33,444 bases of DNA from Octopus bimaculoides (Eukaryota): the NCBI RefSeq assembly GCF_001194135.2, contig NC_068994.1:7558875-7592318 (forward strand). Reading direction: 5' to 3'. Every line of letters begins with the position of its first letter. The first letter of the stretch is position 1. Shown one piece after another: positions 11,160-22,494 of the stretch. Under the pieces are notes generated by a model. It worked only from the letters and a program-made list of their open reading frames with translations. It made no database searches and was not told where the DNA came from. Made by a program: the position numbers and the translations under genes.

Positions 11160-12500
11160 GGCTGCAAGCTGGCTGAATCGTTATTAGAGCATTGGACAAA
11201 AAATGCTTACCAGCATTTCTTCCAACTTTACATTCTGAGTTCAAATGCTGCCGATGTCAGCTTCACCTTTTCATCCTTTCAGAGGTCGCTAAAATGAGTT
11301 ACCAGTTGAGCACTGGGGTCGATGTAATCGACTAACCCTTCCCCCAATATTTCAGGCCTTGTGCCTATAGTATAAAGGATTATCATTATTATTATTATTA
11401 TTATCATTTTGGCTTTGCTTTAATTCGTACAAGTTGCACCCTAATCTGAACCAGAGATGTCAAGGGACATTATTATTATTATTATTATTATCATTACTGT
11501 CATCATCATCATCATCATCAATATAGTTTATTATTGTCATCATTATTACAACTATCAACATTATCATTACAATGAACTTGCTTAATTATCTGACCATATT
11601 TTGTGTGGTTGGTGGTAATTAATTAATGATGTATCCTAGCAACAATAATAACACGCATTCGCACCCACCCACCCCCACAGACACTCACATACAGGAGATC
11701 CTTTACAATATAGTTAAAAAAAAAACAAATACAATGATAAAAAAAGAAGAAAAAACAACTACACAAAATATGATAAAAAAAACAATCTCACATTTTATTT
11801 TTCATGTTTTTAATTATTTTTTTGTAATTTTTTTTTTCTTTTTCTTTTTCTGAGACAGAAAAACAAAATCTATTTAACAGTGAAAAATAAAACATTTTTC
11901 TTCCTTTCTCTCTTTTTTTTAATAAAAACNNNNNNNNNNTTTTTTTAAATATATATATATAATGACAAAAAAAAACTGCAGTAATAAAAGTCTGTTTTTT
12001 TTTCTTTGTGTTTATAGTGGGACTTTTTGTGTATTTTTTTAATTGCTAAATTTTAATTTATTTTCATGTTATTTTTTATTTACCTTTATTTATATATATA
12101 TATTTATTTATATATATATATATATATATACGTGTGTGTGTGTATATGTACGTATATATGTTTGTATGTATATATATGTGTATATATATTTTTATATATA
12201 TATATATATGTTTTTTGTTGAAGGGTGGGGATGTCTGTTTTCTCTCATATTAAGTTTATGTTTTTCTTTGAGTTAGATAATCTCTGGATTAACTTATCTG
12301 TCATATCCGCATTGCTTTATAAGCATTGCTAACTTGCCGAAAAATTCAGTCTTTTTTCTCTTTCTTTTTCTAATCATCTCTATTTATCCATCTACGTCTG
12401 TCTATCTATTCATCTGTCTATCTCTTTCACTTTCATTTTCTCTCTTTCTCTCTCTTCTCTCTCGGTCAGTCTGTCCAGTGGTTAAGCGAGATATATTTTG
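9488..12500 (+). repeat. Microsatellite-dense region downstream of the YPEL stop (probable 3' UTR and flank)
   Basis: (CT)n, (CA)n, (CAC)n, (TAC)n, (ATT)n, (CAT)n, (TA)n and poly-T tracts; AATAAA at 9661, 10129, 11885, 11921. Confidence 0.7.
10866..11403 (+). mobile_element. Two head-to-tail family B SINEs separated by (ATT)n
   Basis: Copies at about 10866-11120 and 11159-11380, each followed by (ATT)n. Confidence 0.65.
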
Positions 12501-13610
12501 CTGCGATAGCTCCAGCACAACTCTTCTTCTCGTGCCAGAATTGATCTACAAGTGACATTTACACATTTGTAAAGAAAGCATTTGTCTATACCTCCGTGCT
12601 TAGGGTAGTAACAAAAAAAAAAAGAATGAAGAAAACTTTTTTTTTTTTTTTAAACTTTCGATGTTACCCTTTGCTACCGTTGCTGCTCCTGGGCCTGCCA
12701 GCTCTACATCATTGCTAGTTGATGCTGCTATGCTAAAACCAGTTGCAGTAGAAATTGCTTGGTCAACTTTAGCCTATTTGCTGTCCTGCTCAATTTAATT
12801 TCCTTTTTTTTTTTTTTTTTAAGAGAGCCTGGAAGCTACATTTACCAATATGGTTGTTGTTCTTTAGCCCCAGGTCAGCCTGTGATTAGGCAGGCCTATG
12901 TATGATCAAAAGGTGTTTCAGCTGTGACCAACACCCTCTGTCTTTTTGTATATTTGAAAAGGNNNNNNNNNNNNNNNNNNNNNNNNNNNNNNNNNNNNNN
13001 NNNNNNNNNNNNNNNNNNNNNNNNNNNNNNNNNNNNNNNNNNNNNNNNNNNNNNNNNNNNNNNNNNNNNNNNNNNNNNNNNNNNNNNNNNNNNNNNNNNN
13101 NNNNNNNNNNNNNNNNNNNNNNNNNNNNNNNNNNNNNNNNNNNNNNNNNNNNNNNNNNNNNNNNNNNNNNNNNNNNNNNNNNNNNNNNNNNNNNNNNNNN
13201 NNNNNNNNNNNNNNNNNNNNNNNNNNNNNNNNNNNNNNNNNNNNNNNNNNNNNNNNNNNNNNNNNNNNNNNNNNNNNNNNNNNNNNNNNNNNNNNNNNNN
13301 NNNNNNNNNNNNNNNNNNNNNNNNNNNNNNNNNNNNNNNNNNNNNNNNNNNNNNNNNNNNNNNNNNNNNNNNNNNNNNNNNNNNNNNNNNNNNNNNNNNN
13401 NNNNNNNNNNNNNNNNNNNNNNNNNNNNNNNNNNNNNNNNNNNNNNNNNNNNNNNNNNNNNNNNNNNNNNNNNNNNNNNNNNNNNNNNNNNNNNNNNNNN
13501 NNNNNNNNNNNNNNNNNNNNNNNNNNNNNNNNNNNNNNNNNNNNNNNNNNNNNNNNNNNNNNNNNNNNNNNNNNNNNNNNNNNNNNNNNNNNNNNNNNNN
13601 NNNNNNNNNN

Positions 13611-13914
13611 GCGTTGTGAGTGTTTATTGAGCGAAAACACCTAAAGCTCCAGGAGGCTCCGGCAGGGGATGGTGGTGAACCCTGCTGTACTCTTTCACCA
13701 CAACTTTCTCTCACTCTTTCTTCCTGTTTCTGTTGTGTCTGTATTTCAAAGGGTCAGCCTTGTCACACTGTGTCACGCTGGATATCCCCGAGAACTACGT
13801 TAAGGGTACACGTGTCTGTGGAGTGCTCAGCCACTTGCACGTTAATTTCACGAGCAGGCTGTTCCGTTGATCGGATCAACTGGAACCCTCGACATTGTAA
13901 GCGACGGAGTGCCA
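13611..13914 (+). mobile_element. SINE family D, second copy
   Basis: Colinear with 7824-8131. Confidence 0.75.
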
Positions 13915-14273
13915 GTGCCTCTTTCAAAAACTTCAGGGGTTTTTTTTTCTACTCCAACAAGCCCCAGTTTGAGGTGCATATAGCAGTATAGTATATCACA
14001 ATGCTCCTCCAGGAATTTCTCTATGCCCTCATTAGTTGTGGCAAATTCTCGGTTTCATGTCACCTGTCTCCACTCACTCTTATTCTCCGACACATCATCA
14101 TCACCATCCTTATTTCTCTTTCCATCTCCTCTTTGATGAATTCTCACCCACTCCTGTATAAGGTGAGCACTGTATATTTTAAGCATGTAGTGTAGACATT
14201 CACACATCATCCCTATCTTTCCAAACCTTCCTATACTTCACATAGAATTTGTGGTCCTCCAAAATTATTTTGA

Positions 14274-14491
14274 GGCGCAGGAGTGGCTGTGTGGTAAGTA
14301 GCTTGCTTAACAACCACATGGTTCCGGGTTCATTCCACCTGCGTGGCACCTTGGGCAAGTGTCTTCTACTATAGCCTCGGGCCGACCAAAGCCTTGTGAG
14401 TGGATTTGGTAGATGGAAACTGAAAGAAGCCCGTCATATATATATATGTGTGTTGTTTGTGTGTCTGTGTTTGTCCCCCTAACATCGCTTG
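14274..14491 (+). mobile_element. Family A SINE, young copy running into a gap
   Basis: Near-identical to 1887-2050. Confidence 0.8.
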
Positions 14492-15287
14492 NNNNNNNNN
14501 NNNNNNNNNNNNNNNNNNNNNNNNNNNNNNNNNNNNNNNNNNNNNNNNNNNNNNNNNNNNNNNNNNNNNNNNNNNNNNNNNNNNNNNNNNNNNNNNNNNN
14601 NNNNNNNNNNNNNNNNNNNNNNNNNNNNNNNNNNNNNNNNNNNNNNNNNNNNNNNNNNNNNNNNNNNNNNNNNNNNNNNNNNNNNNNNNNNNNNNNNNNN
14701 NNNNNNNNNNNNNNNNNNNNNNNNNNNNNNNNNNNNNNNNNNNNNNNNNNNNNNNNNNNNNNNNNNNNNNNNNNNNNNNNNNNNNNNNNNNNNNNNNNNN
14801 NNNNNNNNNNNNNNNNNNNNNNNNNNNNNNNNNNNNNNNNNNNNNNNNNNNNNNNNNNNNNNNNNNNNNNNNNNNNNNNNNNNNNNNNNNNNNNNNNNNN
14901 NNNNNNNNNNNNNNNNNNNNNNNNNNNNNNNNNNNNNNNNNNNNNNNNNNNNNNNNNNNNNNNNNNNNNNNNNNNNNNNNNNNNNNNNNNNNNNNNNNNN
15001 NNNNNNNNNNNTATGTCCACATTTTCATGCTTGCGTGGGCAGGACAGAATTTATTGAGGTAGATTTTCTGTGGTAGGATGCCCTTCCTGTCACCAACCCT
15101 TCACCTTTTTTCCAAGCAAGGTGATGATTTCCCCAAAGTTAGACATGTTGCAAAATATTGGAAATGAATGACACTGCTTGTATGACAGTGACACTCATTT
15201 ACGACTATCACACAATATCAAGACAAGGAGACATAAACAAATGCAGGGTGATCAGAATTTGAATAAAAACTATTTTGCGCTAAATAA

Positions 15288-15563
15288 AGTTTTCATCCAA
15301 ATCCTGAAGCTCGAAACACATGGTACAATCACCAAGTTGAAAGAGTACTGGAGTCTGAGAACTGGAAGATTGTGTGGGACTTTCCTATTCAAACAGACAA
15401 GAAATTAGAAAATAATAGACCAGATATAACAATTGTAGGTAAGGAAAAGCAAAGTTGCTTGCTTATCGGCCCACCATGCCCGTTTGATTCCAGGGTCATA
15501 AAGAAAGAGGAAGAAAAACACAAACCCCTAAAGTTTGAAATAGGAAGAATTTGGAGCATGTAA
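15288..15563 (+). mobile_element. Dong/R4-type non-LTR retrotransposon fragment (restriction-like endonuclease domain)
   Basis: WYNHQVERVLESENWKIVWDFPIQTDKKLENNRPDITIV...KKEEEK...EIGRIW resembles the WD..TD....RPDI..KE.EK signature of REL-domain elements. Confidence 0.75.
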
Positions 15564-15607
15564 ACAGTAAAGAATTGTTGACCTCGTACCTAAATTAAAA
15601 ACTGTTT

Positions 15608-16190
15608 TGTAAGAATCGTTAGAGCATTGGGAAAATGTTTAGCGGTATTTGTTCCAAGCTCTTAACATTTTGACTTCAAATTCCGTCGAGGTCAACTTTG
15701 CTTTTCAACCTTTCAGAATGGGTAAAATAAAGTAACAGTCAAATAATGAGATCGACACAATTAACTAACCTACTCCCATAAAAACCGCCGACCTCGTGCT
15801 TACATTATTTTAAAACAATTACCGTTCCGTTTTGGGGCTGAAAGACTGGCAGAATCGTTAGATCGTCGGAAAAACAAACAAAAACACACTTCACAATTCT
15901 TCTGAATCTATTCGTCCTAGGTTCAAATCCTTTGCCTTTCGTTCTCTGAGGTCGATAAATTAAAGTACTTGTTGAGTACTGGAGGCGATAGTATGTCCAC
16001 GAAACTGTTGGCCTTGCACCTAAATTAGAAACTAGCGGCATTTCGCTCGTCTCTACGATCTGAGTTTAAATTCTGCCGCGGTCGACTTTACTTTTCATCT
16101 TTTCGAAGTCGAGCACTGGGGTCGATGTAATCAGTTAACCTCTCCCACAAAATTTCAGGCCTTGCACCTGTATTGTAGAATGGATTACAG
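15608..16190 (+). mobile_element. Three head-to-tail degenerate family B SINEs
   Basis: Repeated gaatcgttag / ttcaaattc / gaggtcgac modules; another copy at 17005-17150. Confidence 0.6.
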
Positions 16191-16684
16191 TGTGACACAA
16201 TTTTTGTCCTTGGGTAGCTAGTTATTTCCAATTTGCTTACTGCTAGAAAGTTAATAAAATTGGCAAATATTTCCTTCAAACTTTGCTTTCGTTAGACTTA
16301 TTCAAACCCCAAAGAATTCCTCTCAACACATGGCTATGATGTTCCCCCATTACTCCGACTCATTGTGTAACACGATTTTTGTCCTTGGGTAGCTAGTTAT
16401 TTCCAATTTGCTTACCTCTAGAAAGTAGGAAAATTGGGTAATATTTCCTTCAAACTTTGCTTTCGTTAGACTTATTCAAACCTCAAAGAATTCCTCTCAA
16501 CACATGGCTATGATGTTCCCCCACTACTCCTACTCATTGTGTAACACGATTTTTCTCCTTGCTCCTGGAAAGTTTGAAAATTGGCTAATATTTCCTTCAA
16601 ATTTTGCTTTTGCTACATTTATTCAAACCCCAAAGAATCCCTCTCAATACATGGTTACGATGCTTCCCCACTACTCCTGCTCAT
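16191..16684. repeat. Tandem repeat, about 175-bp unit x3 (third copy internally deleted)
   Basis: gtccttggg at 16206 and 16381; acatggctatgatg-like motifs at 16328, 16502 and 16649. Confidence 0.9.
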
Positions 16685-17339
16685 GATCAGAGATGCATAT
16701 ATTGTCGACCACTAAGGGACATGCTCAAGTGATTAGGGTCAAGCAACTGGTAAGGAATTTTTCGAATTGAGCACAATATTCGCTACGACGATATTTCTGC
16801 TTCAGCAACTCAGTGCTGAATCTGTCTGAAATGTAATGGAAAAGAAACCAGTTTCAAAACATTGATGTCCAGGTCACAAATGCAAAGTTTGAAGGGAATA
16901 ATAGTCATTTCCTTTGATTTCCAGATAGAAACAAATCGGAGGTAATACTTACTGACCAAAGACAAAAAATGAAAAATAAAATTTTGTTACACAGTGTTAT
17001 TAATGTAGCACCAGCTAGCAGAATCGTAAGAGCATCGGACAAAACACTCTGTGACATTTTCTTTTGGCTCCGCTTCTCAATAGAATAAAGTACCGGTTAA
17101 ATTCTGGGGTTGATGTAACTGACTATAACCCTTCCATCAGAAATGCTAGAAACGTTTATTGTCGTTCCTATGCTGCGTATTGGAATGGTTTCAGTTGCGT
17201 ATCAGTTTTTTCTGTGCGAGGAGAATTTTAGCTTCTCACTCAACCATTATCCAATTCTGGAGAAAGAACCATTGTGAGTGGTCTTCAGCAACTTTTCTCT
17301 CCCAAAGGGCAACGCACCCAAACTACAAACACAGTGAGA

Positions 17340-17652
17340 GAAAGAAGGAGAAAGGAAGGAAGATAGATAGATAGATAACTTTCTTTATTAGCCACACAGG
17401 GCTGAACACAGATGGGACAAATACAATGTAGAGTTTTTCTTCTCGATGGGGGCGAAGAAAAAAATAGATAGATAGATATGTACAGAGGTAGGTAGGTTGA
17501 CAGACAGACGGAAATATATATAGACAGATAGATAAATAGGTAGAGATAGAGACAAAGATAGATAGACAAGTACACACATATATAGAGAGATAGATAGATA
17601 GATCGAGAGAAACAGATAGACAAATAGATAAATGCAAAGAGAGAGAGAGAAA
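17340..17652. repeat. Degenerate (GATA)n/(GA)n microsatellite region
   Basis: Directly visible; source of Ser/Ile/Tyr/Leu spurious ORFs. Confidence 0.85.
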
Positions 17653-18714
17653 GAGGCATCAACGTCAATATTTGTCAGGTTCTTCACTCATCAATCACGA
17701 GAGGATGAGAGGTAACAAAGTTAACCTCAGCGGAATGAGAAATCAATCAGAACGCAAACAACCTGAACAAATATTCCAAGGACATTTTATTCGACACTCA
17801 GAAGTTTCTGTCAATTTGCTATCGTCAACAACGGTCGATATTAATCGACCGAAACATTCGCCGGGGATGCTCCAGCATGACACAATTTAAATCATGAAAC
17901 CGCTGAAAGAATAAAGCAAAAAGGTTCTGTCACGAACTAACTGCTATTGGGGCATACCTACACAAATGTGCCCCACCTACTTTGCTTTCGCAGAACTTTC
18001 AGAGGAATGGATATTTCTAAATGAAAATTTCTACAAATACCTTTCAGATGGCGTTATCGGAATTGAATGTAAAAAAGAATACACACGGACATACCACGAT
18101 TGTTTTAAATTTTCAAGTTTCATTTTGTATATATATATATATATATATATATATNNNNNNNNNNNNNNNNNNNNNNNNNNNNNNNNNNNNNNNNNNNNNN
18201 NNNNNNNNNNNNNNNNNNNNNNNNNNNNNNNNNNNNNNNNNNNNNNNNNNNNNNNNNNNNNNNNNNNNNNNNNNNNNNNNNNNNNNNNNNNNNNNNNNNN
18301 NNNNNNNNNNNNNNNNNNNNNNNNNNNNNNNNNNNNNNNNNNNNNNNNNNNNNNNNNNNNNNNNNNNNNNNNNNNNNNNNNNNNNNNNNNNNNNNNNNNN
18401 NNNNNNNNNNNNNNNNNNNNNNNNNNNNNNNNNNNNNNNNNNNNNNNNNNNNNNNNNNNNNNNNNNNNNNNNNNNNNNNNNNNNNNNNNNNNNNNNNNNN
18501 NNNNNNNNNNNNNNNNNNNNNNNNNNNNNNNNNNNNNNNNNNNNNNNNNNNNNNNNNNNNNNNNNNNNNNNNNNNNNNNNNNNNNNNNNNNNNNNNNNNN
18601 NNNNNNNNNNNNNNNNNNNNNNNNNNNNNNNNNNNNNNNNNNNNNNNNNNNNNNNNNNNNNNNNNNNNNNNNNNNNNNNNNNNNNNNNNNNNNNNNNNNN
18701 NNNNNNNNNNNNNN

Positions 18715-18729
18715 AGGGTTAGGGTTAGG
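18715..18729 (+). repeat. (TTAGGG)n-like repeat at a gap edge
   Basis: agggttagggttagg, 2.5 units visible. Confidence 0.55.
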
Positions 18730-18912
18730 ATCGACCACTCAAGACTAGCTAGCGCGGACGCGCCACTGCGCGTTCGGGTCCGCGCTGCTTTAGTAGTACC
18801 TAATCGTCATTTGTAAAAAAAAAAACTCAGAATAAGTCCTGGGGTCGATTTGCTCGACTAAAAGGCGGTGCTCCAGCATGGCCGCAGTCAAATGACTGAA
18901 ACAAGTAAAAGA

Positions 18913-19153
18913 GGATGTACGTGGACGGGGGCGCAATTGTGTAGACGTGCCACTTTAGGTTCGGAACTAATATCAAGCGGGGAGTTTATATCTGCTAACA
19001 CCGTCTGTATAAGCTTAGACTGAGACAGAAGAGGGGGTGGAGATGAAACGACGAACAAACAAGAAAACAACCGTGAAATTAAATGAAACATTAGAAAGCA
19101 ACCAGCCGTGAGAGATTAACAGGTTAATCCAGTCTTTGTCTAGGAATTGAAAG
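18913..19153 (+). promoter_or_regulatory. Candidate first non-coding exon / promoter-proximal region of MFSD13A
   Basis: Non-repetitive, CpG-containing stretch ending in a near-consensus donor AAG|gtaagc at 19153/19154. The start coordinate is a guess. Confidence 0.3.
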
Positions 19154-20113
19154 GTAAGCTTACTTATTTATTATTTTAGTCTCCACTAAAACAAACTAAC
19201 GGTATTCCTAGTCTTTTTGTTGTTTATTTATATGTAAATAGTTTAAACTTTTGAAATATTTCCTTATATATACACACACATATATTATATATATATAAAT
19301 ATAAGAGAATGAAATGACAAAGGAATAAAGGGTTATTTTATGAACTTCATTAGGTTACAGCTGTTTCCGCAATATTTGTGGACTCATAGTTAAGTGCCTG
19401 TGTACCTCCTTATAACTTCGTCGGAACCTCGAATATGAAGTGCCATTTATTTGGGAAAAGAACTGCATTTGTGCGTATGTATGTATATATATATATATAT
19501 ATAGATAGATAGATATGGGAAAAAGTATCATTAACGAGAAAGTAAATACCTATGTGGTGGGGATAAAAAACCTCCCGTAAATAGAATAAGGTTGTGTGTG
19601 TGTGTGTGTGTATATATACACAGCGAAACATCTTAGAAACATTATAGGCCCCCGTATAAATCAATGTACTGAGTCCTATAAGATTTATTTATTGAAGAGT
19701 CACTAGCCGCTTGTGCCCCCACCTCGGACAACTGCATCGTGTGTCCATACCTTAAGACGGCTCTCTCTCTCTCTCTCTCGATAAATATTTCAGAAAGGAC
19801 CCGTTCGTACCTCGGTGTGAAATATTTTTTTTTTCGAGTGCATACAACGTATCTGACTTCCAAACCTGACGCAAGCCACTTTTTTTTCTGGAAAAGAAAG
19901 GAGGAGGGGTAGTTGGGACCTCGGAGTTTCTCATCTACGGAGTTTGTTCCGCGAGTTTTTGTTTTTGTTTTCCTGGTTATTTCGCGTACTTTCAACGAAT
20001 ATGGCATCGAAATCACGCGTAAAGGGCTCCTTTCCCCAGAAAAGGAAAGATTTGGCTGCTATTTCTAGCCACGTAACAGCACTTTGCGATAAAGGACACG
20101 CCGATATTTCGCT

Positions 20114-20188
<75 letters not shown>

Positions 20189-21235
20189 TTTGTGTGTGTG
20201 TTGTCTAGCGCTGGTCTAACTTTGACCATCACATCTTAGTTTTACAGGCATGGTTTGAGAAAGATTTGGCTATTGTTTCTAGACTGTCGATCGACCATGT
20301 AGGGACGTGTGTGTTCTCTATATCCTTATATACTAGCAACTTCCTGAGATTTTGACAGACGTGTGTGTATATTGTGTACACCTACACATATAAGCGTACA
20401 TTTGTGTGCGTGTAATCTTTTAACATGACATCCTATAATCTAAGATGTAACCCACATTCACTATGTTAACAAGTGTCACATTTTGGTGGTGCAAAGCTGT
20501 TTTTCTTTTCTGTACTTCCATCGCTTTAATCTCTCAGTAATGTTTATGTCACAATCAAACAGATGTTTTATTCCGTGTACTTATGGATTGATATACATTG
20601 TCTCTACACATACATTTATTTACACAGCTATCGAGTTATCAAGCTGACGATCTGGGATCCTGTACGTTATCATTCGACCAGCTTTAAAAACAATAGCGAC
20701 CAAATCTCCCTCAAATCATAATTCTTACTGTCTTAAAAATAATAATAAATTAATAAGACTCGTTGAATAACGTAGTTCGGGGTTCCCTGTTCATCAAAAA
20801 ATAACAGGGTGGTCATGGCTAGCATGCCTTTGATATTTGACTGCTCAATCACGGATGACCTGGGGTGAAACAATTAAATCAACAATCGAGTAAGATTGGT
20901 GGTGGGTGGGGTCCAAGATAGACGTGTACGTGTGTGTGATGTTTTCATTTATAGATGTAAGTTGACGACACACAGATAGACATAAACACACGCACGACTG
21001 AGTCGTCTTTTCCTCGTTGTTGATTATCACCTCGTCCCGGATCCAAAGGCTAATGAATTCAATTAGGTAGGTACAAAATTCGGTTAATCGTTTTATTAGT
21101 TGGGTATTATTGCATAACATTTATATACACCTGCATGGCTTCTCACTAAAAAGAGTATAGACATACAAACGTGTATACATGTGCAAATATAATTCATTTA
21201 TATAGAAATAAATGTATACATACTATCACACACAA

Positions 21236-21269
<34 letters not shown>

Positions 21270-21940
21270 NNNNNNNNNNNNNNNNNNNNNNNNNNNNNNN
21301 NNNNNNNNNNNNNNNNNNNNNNNNNNNNNNNNNNNNNNNNNNNNNNNNNNNNNNNNNNNNNNNNNNNNNNNNNNNNNNNNNNNNNNNNNNNNNNNNNNNN
21401 NNNNNNNNNNNNNNNNNNNNNNNNNNNNNNNNNNNNNNNNNNNNNNNNNNNNNNNNNNNNNNNNNNNNNNNNNNNNNNNNNNNNNNNNNNNNNNNNNNNN
21501 NNNNNNNNNNNNNNNNNNNNNNNNNNNNNNNNNNNNNNNNNNNNNNNNNNNNNNNNNNNNNNNNNNNNNNNNNNNNNNNNNNNNNNNNNNNNNNNNNNNN
21601 NNNNNNNNNNNNNNNNNNNNNNNNNNNNNNNNNNNNNNNNNNNNNNNNNNNNNNNNNNNNNNNNNNNNNNNNNNNNNNNNNNNNNNNNNNNNNNNNNNNN
21701 NNNNNNNNNNNNNNNNNNNNNNNNNNNNNNNNNNNNNNNNNNNNNNNNNNNNNNNNNNNNNNNNNNNNNNNNNNNNNNNNNNNNNNNNNNNNNNNNNNNN
21801 NNNNNNNNNNNNNNNNNNNNNNNNNNNNNNNNNNNNNNNNNNNNNNNNNNNNNNNNNNNNNNNNNNNNNNNNNNNNNNNNNNNNNNNNNNNNNNNNNNNN
21901 NNNNNNNNNNNNNNNNNNNNNNNNNNNNNNNNNNNNNNNN

Positions 21941-22080
21941 GCATAACTGGTACTTAATTTATCGACCCCGAAAGGATGAAAGGCAAAGTCGACCTCGGCG
22001 GAATTTGAACTCAGAACATAACGGCAGACGAAATACCGCTAAGCATTTCGCCCGGCGTGCTAACGATTCTGCCAGCTCGC
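21941..22080 (-). mobile_element. tRNA-derived SINE family B, young copy
   Basis: Roughly 90% identical by eye to the reverse complement of 30279-30425. Confidence 0.8.
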
Positions 22081-22081
22081 T

Positions 22082-22494
22082 GTCTTACAGCTGTTTCTGG
22101 GATGATGTGAAATGGTTAATAGAGGTAAATATTAGAGTTCAGTATAAGGAGATATTTTGGAAAAGGAGAAAATAGGGAAATAGGAGAATGAATGTAGAAA
22201 TAAAAATAAAAATGTATAAAGATGTTATAGTTGCAGTTCCATTATCCAAGGAAATTGGTGTGTGGAAGTGGTAGAAGCACTTCCTGTCTGTGGTATGTAA
22301 ATTCCAATAGGAGTTCATATTTCTTTATACATTTTTATTTTTATTTCTACATTCATTTCCCTATTTTCTCCTTATTTGTTTCCTTTTCCAAAATAACTCC
22401 TTATATTGAACTCTAATATTTCCCCTCTCGTTAATTCTCTCATATCGTCTCTGATGAAGGTATATCCCTACTATCCCAGAAACAGCTGTAAGAC
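22082..22494. repeat. Fold-back inverted repeat, probable Penelope-like pseudo-LTR remnant
   Basis: Perfect 22-bp arms 22082-22103 / 22473-22494 and about 95-bp imperfect arms 22127-22222 / 22322-22421. Confidence 0.85.
22447..22494 (+). ncRNA. Minimal type I hammerhead ribozyme motif (Penelope-like element type)
   Basis: GTCT-CTGATGA-a-GGTATA(loop)TATCCC-a-GAAA-CAGCTG-TA-AGAC: complete core, 4-bp stem I, 5 of 6 pairs in stem II, palindromic stem III, GUA cleavage triplet. Confidence 0.7.

Noticed and set aside
19642-20016. 124-aa minus-strand ORF
   Set aside because: No recognisable domain, runs through (GA)n and poly-A tracts, non-ATG start.
20330-20650. tatatactagc start suggestive of a Helitron-type element
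   Set aside because: No matching terminal hairpin or second copy in the window.
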